Source: Balanoglossus misakiensis (lineage: Eukaryota; Animalia; Hemichordata). From it: a stretch of DNA of 64,000 nucleotides. This document shows, in pieces, positions 1-14,200 of this stretch (the first letter of the stretch is position 1; every line of letters starts with the position of its first letter). The translations under genes were made by a program, and so were the position numbers. The notes under the pieces are model-generated. The model ran no database searches. It worked only from the letters and a program-made list of their open reading frames with translations, and was not told the DNA's origin. The stretch spans positions 12,185,654 to 12,249,653 of the forward strand of contig CM082577.2 of NCBI GenBank assembly GCA_040954595.2, read 5' to 3'.

Positions 1-296
1 CTAAGCTAAGATTGACCTTATTCACAAACTGCCATTTTACACATTGTTTTATCGCATATATCGCATGTGAAGGCTCAACTAGGCCAACGTATCACACAAC
101 AAGACTTGGTCTAATTCAAAATGAACAAAAAACATAACTGTCGTCTGTTTGAGAGTGGCTGCACTACATTGCCATATTCATTTACACAAAACTTATTATT
201 GTAGGTCGCGTCTGAGTCTCACTTCAATTCAAACAGGTTAACCCTTTAATCCAATTTCAGCCAAATAAGACAATTGTCCATAGTATAATACATCAC

Positions 297-425
297 CTGG
301 AATCGAATCTTGAGGACGTCCAATGGCTGAGCAAAAACTCTCATCACAGAACCACTAACAGCTCCCGCAATAGCATACTCGGCCGCTGTCAATTCCACTT
401 CTTTCCGTTTGTCAAAGCCAACCAT
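297..425 (-). CDS. SLC25A19: First coding exon of mitochondrial thiamine pyrophosphate carrier (SLC25A19/Tpc1); gene continues beyond the left edge
   Basis: ATG at 425-423 gives MVGFDKRKEVELTAAEYAIAGAVSGSVMRVFAQPLDVLKIRFQ. It has the carrier motif P-x-D-x-x-K-x-R and the MVG(Y/F)D start and KIRFQ end typical of SLC25A19. Phase-0 donor CAG|GTGATG at 297/296; likely acceptor at 434-433 just upstream of the ATG. Confidence 0.85.
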
Positions 426-2215
426 TCTGACCCTAGTTTGGGACAATAAAAAATAATATCTTTATTTTCAATATATCTTGACTGTGTATAGTTTTACTGG
501 TACCGTTAAAGTCATTTTATAAGTCGCAGCGGTATTATAAGTCGCACCCCTTCTTTGAAAGACTTGTTTGGGAGGAGATTTTAAGGAAATGAATACAACA
601 GAACATTGGTATTATAAGTCGCACCCCCTTTTCGGCACACACTGTCACTCAAAAAAGGTGCGTCTTATAAAATGACTTTAACGGTATTTTCATGAACGTC
701 ATAGTATTTAAATTGAAACCTACATTTTTGTACATAGTTTGAATTAATTACCATGTTATGACATACTAAGTAGTAGTTTTACTTTCATTACCACCAAAAT
801 ATAGAAGGGGGCCACTTACTGTAATTTCTAGTTTTTTTGCAGTATTCAGTGTTGTTTTTGTCCCTCAGACCCTGTATCCCAAAGTGCCAAGTTTTAATAA
901 ACTTGTCAACACATTATGTATACAATGCATATGTACAAACCACTGTTATTGTTGACAAATGCATTTATAATTTTTAATACTACAATGTCGATTATGCACA
1001 TTTGGGTGACGTTGACAAGATAAATACTAGGCATTTAAATATTGATCGAATTACCTTAGCAGAGAACTGAAACCATAGCATGGTTTATATACATTTACTG
1101 ATCAATGTATACAACAAAAAGCATTTCAGAAATAGCTACAATTTACAGTTAATGGAACTTTAACCAACAGTACAGTAGATATGTGCACGAAATTCCCAGG
1201 AATAATGAGCATGAGGTCACAAACTTATAATTATATTTAGGCCAGACTGATTTGCTTCCACGCCACCATATGGAGATCTCTACAAGGTTATCTGAGGACA
1301 CGTACATGTCAATGCTGTGATAGTCCATTTATGTACATTTCATGTTGTATAAAGGTACGTTTCACGTGAAGAGATTCGCCTATCACATTTACACTGGGCA
1401 ATCCTGTTCTTGTAAGTTGTAAACGTAAACGTGTGCCCGACCGGCGACCGGCGCCGGTCCAGGGTTGCACGTGTAACCCGTTTTACAGTACACATGCCTC
1501 CATAAGTGATGACCTTGGCTGCAGGTCAACCGATGGATTAGCCTTGTCCACAGTCACTCCATTGTATTTATAAAGCACATACTATTTCGTTTACGGCACA
1601 GAGTGCCACTGAAGTGAATAGCAACATATTTAATTTTATAAATGAAACGAGATTGCATTCGTTTTCCGTGTGGAGTCTAAACGGCAAACTGCAGTGTTTA
1701 GGTACAAATCAGCATGCTCAGACTTACGAGATGGTGACCTTCGCATGCCTCACGGGCGATCGTCCGTTGTTTCACTGTTCAAAACCGCAGCACTTGATCT
1801 CTTAGGTTTTGAGTCATGTCGTGATCCTACGTGCACAAATTACATCCATCAGGACTAAACTTTGTATTCTGTTCTAGAATGTCATTCATAAGTGTGTCTA
1901 AGGTCACACTGAACCGGTTCACTTTCCCGGTTCCGATCCCATGGTGCATTGCGCCATGCAATCAATATGATCTACTTATTAATCTATGGATCTTGGTTTA
2001 CAAATGCATGGTTTTAATAGATTTCTTCAAATTGTGACATATCAATGGTCAATTGCAACGTTACTAAGTGATTTGAAGTGAAGTACGCGTATTATCTTCA
2101 ACCGAACTGTGAAAATCATAACAGAGCTAGGGTGTCCATGTCAGTCTCGTTGAAGTAACGCGCATCGCGAGATTACGTAGACCTCCTTGGAAGCAGGGAT
2201 CACGTTTTTTCCAAT
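426..2215. promoter_or_regulatory. Divergent (head-to-head) promoter region shared by SLC25A19 and eIF3b
   Basis: Start codons point away from each other about 1.8 kb apart. CpG-rich stretch at about 1420-2430. CATCGCGAGA at 2163-2172 is close to the TCTCGCGAGA housekeeping-promoter motif. TSSs cannot be determined from sequence. Confidence 0.5.
503..684. mobile_element. pogo/Tc1-mariner-type MITE
   Basis: Perfect 21-bp TIR CCGTTAAAGTCATTTTATAAG (503-523 / 664-684), TA on both flanks, internal TATAAGTCGCA repeats typical of pogo-like MITEs. Confidence 0.8.
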
Positions 2216-5200
2216 ATGGACAAATATCAGGATAATGCGAATGTTTCGCCCAATGAAAATTGTTACGATGATGAGCCCGATTTCAGTGACCCAGAGGACT
2301 TCGTTGACGATATCAGTGACGAAGGTGAGTGACAATGCGCGATTCCGCGGCTGATTGTGACCGGCGCGACCGACCTCACAGCAGTACCGCATGTGATTTC
2401 CATGTGTGGCATGTGGCGACCACGGCTGACACACACATTTTCATCATCATCATGAGTTCATAGGCAACACATCAGTGGCATATTGCTGTTTTAGAATCAA
2501 ACCAAGATCGGAATAACCATAATCGCATGGTTAGACAGTGTTAAATCTGGTCGGGGCCCCAGTGGGGATTCACCCCTGTTGACAAGATGGCACCCCTTGG
2601 CAGGAGGGGGGGGGGGGGGTGCATATCTGCAGTTCAGTGAGAGTAGCTTTGGTTTTGCCGTGTAACACACAAACAAAGGCAAAGCCTCTAGCTACTGAAC
2701 TGCAGCTGGGGGGGGGGGGGGCCAACGCCACTTAAAATGATGTCACTCACATGGTACATTCTCCCCTTGCCAGAGTGGAATCCCCCAAATATTCTGGCAA
2801 GGGGGGGGGGGGGCATACATGTATCTTCTATCTCCCCCCCCCCTTTGCTGGTGCCATCCTCAGCACAGTGCTGAGGATGGCACCAGCAAGGCTTTCAACG
2901 GGGCTGAGCCACTTTCAGAAACTGTTTGTAGTTCGTAATACATGTACATGTAGTGCTGTTACAGAAGAAGAAATTTTAATCAATGGGTCAATTGGTCCTC
3001 TGAGGAAAGCTGTAAATGAAACCCTTTTCATTGAAATAATAAAAACAGGATTGTATATGATTATTATTATTATTTTTTAGAATTATTGGGTGATCTTCTA
3101 AGCAAGAAGCCCAAAGAAGCTGACGGCATTGATTCTGTCATAGTGGTGGATAATGTGCCAAAAGTTGGTCCAGACCGTCTGGAAAAATTACAGAATGTCA
3201 TCCGGAAGATCTTTTCCAAGTATGGGAAAATAATTACGGAGCATTATCCAAAGGATGAAACTGAAAAAACTAAGGGGTAAGTGACTGTGTATTCAATTTT
3301 TTCCACTGTTACCGTGGGAAATTGAAATAATTACAGTGTATGCCAATAACCGATTTTCAGTGGGTGGCACATAAAGAGTGTGCTACCACATCAAAGACTT
3401 AGACTGTTTTGATTGGTGATACTACATGTACTAAATTTCTTTTGTGAGATTATTCAAATTGAAAAATATGTCATCTATGTGCATGTATAATAAACATAAC
3501 ACTGGTATATTGTTGGACAAATTTAATACATTTACATTGTTTTAACAGGGGGATTATTTTGAAATTGTGTCATCTTAGCAAATGACTGCTAGTTACATAT
3601 GCCTGGCCTCACTCAAAAGCACAGCAGGTGGTAACAAAAATATTTGGGCAGTCTTGGCTCTAGAAAGCAGACCAGACAACCTTGTCCCACGGAGTCTAAC
3701 CCTTTCACCCCCAGTCAGTTCCCTCTTTAGGCGTCCAACCTTATGATAGAAAACAATGGGTTTGGACTGATCCATGGTGGTGAAAGGGTTAAGGATTATT
3801 TCTTTGAACCTTGACTTCTCACTCACAATTTAAATTTACACCAATTCAACTGTATTAAATTCAATGATTGTGTCAAGTTGTAGCAATTGGTCATGACATT
3901 GCTTCTTCTTCTCATTGATAGGTATATCTTCCTGGAATACACTTCACCAGCCAATGCCGTGGATGCCGTCACAAATCTGAATGGATACAAGTTGGACAAG
4001 CAACACTCCTTCTATGTCAATCTGTTTACAGACTTTGATAAGTGAGTGAAAGTGATAGCAACATTATTATGTTCGATATATACAAACAGGAAAAACAGGC
4101 TGACTTTCTAAGTACAGTCCAACCTGTCTACATTTATGTAGTGTCCAGTCAAGGGACTATCCTAAACTGCTATCCTAAACAGGTCAAATAATGCACATGT
4201 ATGTAAATTGCACAGGGGGACTGTATCAAAGTGGCCTCTGCAGATAGGTTTGACTGTACTTATATGTTACTGAAAACAGAGATACGACGAAAAATCAATG
4301 ACAAAACTATACAGATGGTAGGTGAAAATGAAAGAATACTGGTATATAACAGCCCACAGTCACAAATTATCAGCATTAACCATCAAATTGTAACTACATA
4401 TATTAGCAGGTAGGCCTTTCTCCCTGATGTCCCTATGTCGAGGTGTAACTGCCTTACCCATTCAGTTAAATGTTAAAGGCAAAGAATTTGCATTTGGTAT
4501 GCGTTAGTGACATCTGTCGAATGTTGTTCATATATTGCACTGACAAACATTTAAAAAAATATTTTAGATATATGTAACTATGTTTTATTTCATTGATTTC
4601 AGGTATGCCAACATTGCTGACCAATGGGAAGTTCCGAAGAAGCAAGCCTACAAAGATCATGTACGTTACACTTGCCTTATTGTTTTGGTGCACTAAAATA
4701 ACTTCTCCAATTGACTGATATTTTAAGGTTGTGTTATGCTGTCATTTCCTCCCAATTTTAAATTGAATTCTAAATAATTGTATTACACATAAGATACATG
4801 TACCTGTACCAGGTACGTACCCTTTATGAGAGCTGCATGATGATTTTGGAAATTGATAACTCGAGAGTCTCCTATTGTAAGCTGCAGTTTGTAATAAGAA
4901 GAGACACTAAAAAGATTGATTTAACTTTATTTTAGGGTAACTTTAAGTGGTGGTTGCAAGAAGCAGACTGCAATGATCAGTATAGTGTTATCTATGATGG
5001 TGGTGATAAAACGGCCATCTTTTGGAACGCAGCGTCCGGACCTATATCCCTAGAGGAGCGATCTGTAAGTTGCTAAATATATTGCTCTGCAGATGACGGG
5101 TTTCATCAGACTACATGTTTAACTTTAACAGCTGAACTTGGGGAACCAGATGTATAATTTTTCTGTCTTCGCAGAATTTTGAGAAAATAATGGCTCTGCA

Positions 5201-8200
5201 TTGATACATACAAGAAGATCATTGTTAAAGCGTGTAGCTCGTCTCACACGCATGTTCCAACTGTAGCCGCTGGTTACAGACGTTTAGTGAACAGTCAATC
5301 CCATAAGGCAGTGCTCACACAAGATGGCGGCGACCATAATCTGTGTCGGAGATCAGGAAAAGACACTAGCTTGGGTGAAAAGGAGGGACAAAACCAGAAT
5401 CTACTTATACGGTGCGCATGAAATATGGAAGGAAGCGAAGGCAGTCCACTATTTGAATGCATTGAACGGAAAATTTGCTGGGAAGTTACGCGCATGCGCG
5501 TGAGACGAGCTACGCGCTTTAACACCACTGTCTTGGAAAATTTTAAAGGAGTGTACCATTTATAAATCTGTCTATCCATATTATTAGCTGGCATGATTTT
5601 TTTAGATGTTGAATGAAGTTAATTTTGCGACTGAAGAATCCCCAAACAGTTGTTTGAAAGATATTACATTTCCCACAATGTGTCTGTGTGTTAAGTTCTT
5701 GGATCTCACTGAAGGGTGCATCAGAAAGTGTGACATGTTAATTCAATGGCGCCCATACTACAGGTTTCAACTAGTGTTAAACACTTTGCTGTCAAAAAAT
5801 GCTGCAACGTGCTGATCATTTTGACACATTTTCCCTATTTCTGTATTCTAGACCAAACAGACAAAATGTTCCATTGGCTTCAGGTCTTGATAACAAATTT
5901 ATCCTTTGGGGAAAAACATGGTAAAATTCAGGAGATAAGTTTTGTGAAAATGACAAACTCGCTATGGTATTGGAAGGGTTAATTCAGTATTTGTTATTTC
6001 AAGTCAGTAGCTTAAATGATCAAAAGCTATAGATGATATCTTGCAGTGTCTACAATATTGTAAGTACGGACACATCATTTCATTTTCTCGTCCTTTTTTT
6101 GACTAGCGTTGGACAGAAACCTACGTCAGATGGTCTCCCAAGGGTACTTACCTGGCGACTTTCCATCAAAGAGGCATAGCACTGTGGGCTTGTGAACAGT
6201 TCAAACAAATCATGAGATTTAACCATCCTGGAGTGCAGCTGATAGATTTCTCACCATGTGAAAGGTATGTAAAAATAATTCAAGTGTCTGGTTTACCGTA
6301 CACAGAGTTGCCTTTGTGGTGTTCTCTTGTAACTAGCCACATACTGCCTTTCAAGTGACATGTTGCTGGCCAAACTTTGCTTACTGGAGCTTGATGGGTG
6401 GCAGGACTATATTGTAATTTAAGAGACTCGTAGGTGAGATTTTTTTTCATGGGACTAACTTCCCTATATTTTGGCTCCAACAAGACAGCGTTAGTTGTTG
6501 CAATTTTAACCATATCTGTTTAGAGTGTCAAGTCCCTTAAAATACATATTTGCCACTTTTTCTTCTAAAACGTATTTTGACTGTCTTGACATGGCTCTCA
6601 TACGTACTTAGACACACTTGGCAGTCTGAGCCCCCCGAAAAATGTACCAAATCGTACTGGTTTGTACGGATTTGGTTTGAGGGTCTAGTATAGGCCCTAC
6701 TGATTAACACACACTTGGCAGCCTAACGGGCCTGGGAGTCCGGATTCTAGGCACCCTGGAAATCACACCAGTTCATACTGACTTGGCAGCGTTAGGGTTA
6801 AAGGGACACTAGCTGTAACTTTTGAATTTAGTTCCAGTATTTTTGTTCTCTGTATCAAATGAAATTTCTTGCTCTACTCCAAACAGCATGCTAATATACC
6901 CACTTGTCAACGTAGTCTTTATGTGTGTATCACACTTTCTGTTTCAGATACTTGGTGACTTTCAGTCCGCTGGTGGACACAAAAGATGACCCGCAAGCCA
7001 TCATCATCTGGGATATCTACACTGGAACGAAGAAGAGAGGATTTCATTGTGAAAATGCTGCTTCATGGCCAATTTTCAAGTGAGTTTGATCGTGTCATTT
7101 TATATCGTTTCCAGTGTTTCATTCAGGATGGCATCAACAGGAAGGATATGTTCCCCCTTTGCCTGAATATTTGGGAGGGGGGGGGGGATTCCACTCTGGC
7201 AAGGCGGAATGTAATATCTCCAACATGTGAGGGACATTATTTTAAGGGGCACTGGTCCCCCATGACAAATTGCTAGGGGTGCCATCATGTCAACAGGGGG
7301 TAAATCCCCTATTCCTCCTCCAGATGATACACTGCTTTTCTGTGTGTGAATGTATCCGGGTTGTGTGTGTTCTGTGCCCTGGCAAACAGTGTGCCCTTTA
7401 CTGTAAGACCATATGGCGCGCCACTGACTCAACAAACTCACTGGTGACTAAAGAAATTTATCCACACTACATGCAAAGGTATAGGGCTGACTCAGAGAAA
7501 TTTTTAGAAATCCTTAAGCTGACTCAAAACTTTTTAAAATCATTTTGGGCACACTGCTAGCAAAGTACTGGTTACTGTACAACTTACCTTGGTTGGTTTG
7601 TTAGAAGTTGCATTTATTCAACTGACATTGTTTGATAAAAAGTGACCATGCTTGCCTGCCATGTGATTGTGTTGTATTTATGGATGCATGATTTGCTGCT
7701 CAGTCACATATGCTGGCCGACTGTTCAGGTCACCTGCGAAAACAGCACCAAATTGTCCGTTTAAATCTAACAGGTTTTACCAGCAAGATTATAATCCCCC
7801 CGTGAGTTATGCTCTTATTTCGGAATTTGATTTCAGGTGGAGTCATGATGGGAAGTATTTTGCCCGAATGGCACCAGATGGTTTGAGTGTCTATGAAACC
7901 CCGGTGAGTACTCGTCTGTTACTTTGAAACTGTTTTTACCCTTTTATTACCATGGTTCAGTCCAAACCCAATGTTTTCTATGGTAAAGTTGGACCTCTAA
8001 AGAGGGAACTGGGGGTGAAAGGGTTAACTTCATCTATTTTTGGCTCATGGTACCTTAAGGTTCAGCCCATAGACAGACCACGTTCTATTTTCACTTTTGG
8101 CACAGTATACCTGGGAAATAATGTGTATGGTTTGAAAACTTTCGGGCTTACTAAATTATACTTATGGTACTCATGAAAGCATTTCTGGAGTAACTGTTGA

Positions 8201-11200
8201 AGAGACGTTATCTGTAACTTTTGGGTTTGTTTCCAGTATTTTTGTTCTGTGTACTACATGTAAATGCAATTTCTTGTTCTACTCCAAACAGCAAGCTAAT
8301 ATACCCAGTACTCCACTTGTCAATATAGCCTATATGTGTGTAACAGCCATTGTTATTGTTGACAAATTAGTTTTAGTCCGGACTTGAATTCAGATTTTGC
8401 ACAATAACAATGCTGACTATACACATACTTGACGTGTTGTGAAGCTAAATGCTGGACATTTTACTATGTTTTAGGAACTTGAACAAGAAACTGCACTAGA
8501 TGCACAAAATAAATCTACTGAAAACACAGCGGAAGGTACAGCTAATGGAGCTTTAATAATTGCTGAATATCTTATTTTCTGTTCTGTTTTATTCTGCAGT
8601 CGTTTGGTCTCTTGGAGAAGAAAAGTATTAAAATCCTGGGAATCAGGTAAAATTATGGCTCCAGTTTTGCATTAGTTGCATTGGTTAATAAATAAACTTA
8701 ACTTACTATTAAGTTGCATTGGTTACCATTGGTTACCTGTTGCACAATGAAATGTTTGTAAGAATTAAGTTATCTTTCATCATATATGATTTCACATTTT
8801 GTTACGAATCAAAATTTGATGTCAGGTGATGAGTTTTGAAATTCCATCCAGCTTTGATTGCACACAAAGTGAGGAGTCCCTTAGTCTGTCCATCCGAGGC
8901 CATTTCTCTGACATAGCTGGACCAACATCACTTAAACTTGGTGCAAGGATAAATTACTGTGACGCACATGCATGTCAAGTTGTTTTGCGGTGCGATCCAA
9001 TACAGACTACCATTTTGTTACGAGTTTTTTCTAGTCCGCATCAATTTACACAGAGAGACTTTGAACGTGTTTTGTTCTTGCTGTGAGGACAGTCTGCCAT
9101 GAAGTACACATGCACGTCAATTTGCGCTGTGATTCAATCGAATCTGACAACAGAGCTGGTGTTTCATGTCTGGATTTCATTCTCCACCGTGATATCCTTC
9201 AGTGATTTCTTAATCTATTCACCTACATGTAGCATGGACTTCTCCATTGAATGACTCATTTATCACATACATTAAATTTTTGTGATTGGATATTTTGTAA
9301 TGAAACAAAAGTTTAATTTTTGTGTTTTGTCCTTATAATATTGCAGGGATTTTTCATGGTCACCCAGTGATTACATAATAGCATACTGGACCCCGGAAGA
9401 CAACGACATCCCGGCTAGAGTCACCTTGTTGGAAATTCCGTCAAGGAATGAAGTTCGGGTCAAGAATCTCTTCAATGTTTCCGAGTGCAAAATGCACTGG
9501 CAGAACAAGGGTGACTTCCTTTGTGTCAAAGTTGATAGGGTCACTAAGAGCAAAAAGGTAAGAGATTGGCGATATTTACATATAATCCCATGATATCTTT
9601 CTTTGTTTGACGTCATCGTATACGAGTGGTTTTCGCGGAGCAGTGCAACTTCGAGCCGCAGGCGAGAAGTTGTACGCTTCCGCGAAAACCACGAGTATAC
9701 GATGACGTTAAACAAAGAAAGATATCATGGGATTATATATTTATCACATGAACAGTCTTCTTATTTTTCGTTAGAAGAGGCAGGACTAAAACAATTCAGT
9801 ACCTTGCAACAATTTTGGAGCGGTGTCGTATTTTACTGAGCGGGATTATGTCCCCCAGGAGATATATGTTGGGAGATTTTATGAATGATCAGCGATAGTT
9901 CATCATTTGCATATACGCAAATGGTGAACTATCGCTGATCATTCATAAAATCTCCCAACAAGTCGTCCCGTTGAGTTCCGTTCGCTCGAAGTTCGGCCTT
10001 ACACAAATGTAATCGATTCTCTAACAATTTTACTGCAACCTGTTGCCACGTCTTATACATTTCGTTGACCGGTGCAATAGAGAGGTTCAGTCGTCACGCT
10101 GAACTGGCTCGAAACAATTCCCCACGCTGATTCGACTCGGAACGTACCGGACTTGCGCCTAGCCTAGGCTATGTACACCTGACCCAAAACTTTGACAGCC
10201 ACGATCGTCCATGATCGTTGCGTCGACTGTCTTCTTTCCAAATTCCACCTTTCTGTTTTGAGCTTACAAAGCGTTATTGTCATGGAACCGTAATTTTTTT
10301 ATTTCATTTCTGTATTGTAAATGCCGCGCGCTACACGTACTGTTTCTGTTTGACAACAAAGCTACGGCGAATCGGTGGAAATAGTTCCGGTTGATGACGT
10401 AACACAGGGGTGATCAGGATTTTTGATCTGTCCTGGTCTACGTCACACAGGTGGTGATCAGGGCCAGTTCATGTGATAACTATCTATCTATCTGTCTATC
10501 TGAATATCTGTCTAAATCTAATCTACGTACTTACCTACAGGGTTCTCTCAACGCTGGTCGGCAGTAGTCAGGCCCGACCAGCACTCAAGTGAAAAAGCTA
10601 GCAAACAAAGGCTGCCAGCAGGCACTATTTTGTACTCAATCCAGTCTATTGTCTCATTTTGATACATTGATGAATGGGTATGACTTGCAACAGACATGAA
10701 TATTAATGAGTATGAATGAGTAGCCAGCACTCAAGTCAAGCTGGAGAGAACCCTGTAACTACTTGCCTATCTGTGCCTGCCTGCCTTATTTCTTTGTTGT
10801 TGTTTTTTTGCACCAAAAGTTGTGTAGAACATCAGCGGTTTCAAACACTGTGATTGCATCTCTGTGGACTGTCCTAGGGGACAGGACAATACCCATCTGC
10901 TCACAGTAGCAGCAACAGTGGGATTTGATCAACGGCCAAACCACGTTGCCCGAACGCTGATTGTTGAGGGACAGTGTTTGATGTCTGTTTTGTCTTCAAA
11001 CCTCCAGGTTCAGTTCTGTAATTTTGAAATCTTCCGCATGAGAGAGAAGCAGGTGCCGGTGGAACAGGTGGAAATCAAAGAAGGAATTTTGGCGTTCGGT
11101 TGGGAACCGGCTGGTTCCAAGTTTGCGGTCCTGCACGGAGAGAGTCCCAGAATCGCTGCCAGCTTCTACAACATCACCAAGGGCAAAGTAGAGTTGCTGA

Positions 11201-14200
11201 GTAAGTGGATCATGGACTACTAGAATCTCACCCTCCCAAGGACCTGGGATCATATTTCTCACACGAGTTGGATATTTTTGTTCCAACATAAGCTGCAGGC
11301 GAGTGTGGGACAAACTATCCCCGACGAGTCCCAGGTCTTTGGTGTGTGAGATTTTGTTTCTCACACGGCCACAAATTAGCCACATTCGTATAGAAATATT
11401 GGATATTTGACAGTGTAAATGTTGTCTGGCACATTGTAGTCTCTGTCCGTGTAATACACACACCGCCATTGGATAACATTTACCGCGTGTTAATGAAGGA
11501 ACAATATAAATTTGTTCCCTTGTTATTCAATCAATCAATAAATCAATCAATCAATCAATCAATCAAACAAACATAATTTATAAAGCTCCAGAATCCAAGA
11601 CAAATTTCTGTTGAATGGTGCTTAGTAGAATTATTATTTGCATAAGTGTAACATTTGATCAAATCACATTTTTTTATGCAGAGACTATGGACAAGAAACA
11701 AGCCAATCATATATTTTGGTCACCAAGTGGACAATTTGTTATTCTAGCTGGTTTGAGAAAGTAAGTTACTCATTATCTGACTTTGTTGATCTTCCAATTA
11801 CACACAAAATTCAATTGACCCTCTTTACTGTGATCCTACATTCTCCACTCTTCGTGAACAGGAGATGGCCAGTTGAATGGGACAAAGTCTCTCTCTCGCT
11901 GCCCTTTTTCCATTAATTATGTTTGATACAAGACACTGTTTATGTTATTCTAGTTGTGGATATATTGTGAATCAATACTGAATGTTTGACCACACACAAC
12001 TTCCATCCCGTTTGTAGGATATGAGAGTAAAAATCTCGCCAAAATGAATAAATGGTAGAGACTGATTATTCATTTTGGCGAGGTTTCACTCTCGTGTCTA
12101 CAAGTTGGATGGAAGTTGTGTGTGGTTGAACGTTGATTCACTATATATCCACATGTAGAATAACATAAACAGTGTCTTGTATCAAACATATGGAAAAGGG
12201 GCAACAAGAGAGAGACTCTGTCCCTTTAATACCCGAAGCAAGTCAACTATGCTTCTTGCATTGTATTTACAGTATTGTTACATGAAACTCCCTTGATAAC
12301 AAAGAGTTTATTAATTTTGCATTGGATGATGTCCTTAACCCTTTCACCCCCAGTTCCCTCTTCAGAGGTCCAACCTTACCATAGAGAACAATGGATTTGG
12401 AGCGAACCATGGTGGTGACAGGGTTAAAAGCAAGAAAAGTCAATTGTCCAATCAACACATATCAAGAGAAATATCAGATCTTGAATTCTTCAAGACAATG
12501 GCTATATACCAAGGAGTGGTACTATATTAAAAGTTGACGTTATTTTTTCTCCTGCAGTATGAGTGGAACGCTAGAGTTTATCGACACATCAGATTTCACC
12601 ATAATGCAAGCGGCAGAGCATTTCATGGCCACCGATGTGGAATGGGATCCCACAGGCAGATATGTTGTCTCTGGAGTCAGTTGGTGGGGTCACAAGGTCA
12701 GTTTCAACAGGACAGTAAAATCGGTCTAAATCGAACAAATAATAATAATTTTATGTTGCAGAAAAAAATGTTTAAATAAATAAAAATAATGAAATAATTA
12801 CAAATTAATTGCAAAATTTGTATTTTGGCAAGGATCTCACCCCATATTGGGGCTTCAACAAATTCATCATTACTCTTAAAATTATACGGTCATTACCTAC
12901 GATAGCATACAGCAATTTCATTTTGGTGGACATTTGCAAGTTATTTTGTATAAATGGGAAAAGATGTCATCAGTTGTGTAGTTTTTATAATTTATAATTT
13001 TATAAACCTGTTGACTTCTGTTGTACTTTTCTCTCCATTGTTTAGGTTGACAACGCCTTTTGGGTCTGGAACTTCCAGGGGAAAATCCTTCACAAGCAAG
13101 CCCTGGATAGGTTTTGTCAGTTGCTGTGGAGACCAAGACCACCCACATTGCTCACTGCCAAAGAGATCAAGGTATGAAGCTGTCCCGTTTACTGGGAAAG
13201 CGAAATTGGCTCTGTTACCATAGTTGCATGTGTCAATCTTCTAGTTCCCTGCAGTTTGCCTACATTTCCATGTTTTTCATGAAGTCTGGAGATGTAGGGA
13301 AAGTGGATTTTACAGCAGGGGCTGGTGGCTGTATGTGGAAAACCAATCAAAGTTTGTTGGATTTAGTCAGAAGAGAGATTGGAACACTCTGGGACACTGA
13401 TAGGGACTTGTCAACATGCCATTTCAATTTCACCTTGGCTGTAAATATGTATATCAATGCGTGCAGTTTTAACACAATGCTAAAAGCTTTCTCAAATGTT
13501 TTGCTTTTTATTTAACCTGTAGGACATCAAGAAGAATATGAAGAACTACTCCAAACAGTTTGAACTGAAGGACAGAATGAGTCAGTCCAAGGCTTCAAAG
13601 GTAAGTCTCGTGTGATGAGATCATCTATGATGATACACGTCCCACATTTGGTCGACAGCCAGTCACTTTTGCATTGCAGTGCCAACAGAGGATGACGATA
13701 AAATGCTAAGAAAGAATGTGCTGGCTGCCATAATACAGTAAAACCTGTGTAAACCGAACACCAAAGGGACTGTAGAAATTGTTCGGTTTGCAGAGGTGTC
13801 TGGTTTATTGAGGTTCTTTTAACATGTGCTTCTATGTCAAAGGGACGGGGAAAGGTGTTCGGTGTAGACAGGTTTCCAGACTAGACAGGGTTCGGTTTAG
13901 ACAGGTTTTACTGTATTGAAATTCTGCTAGCAAAGCAGAACTATTTGTAGCAACTGTTTGAATGAGAATACTCAATTTTATATCGAGATCATGGGGTACA
14001 GTATTGTGTAGTTGATTTTCATTGTGCAACGATTAACCTGTTTGTTTAATCTGTTGCCCCCACCAGGAACTGGTTGAGAAACGTCGCCAGATGATGGAGG
14101 ACTTTATGAATTATCGTGCGGAACAAGAGGAGTGGTTTGAGAACACCAAGTCTGTCCGCCTTGAACTTCGTGGAGGTACGTTGTATTCACTGTCGAGTGA

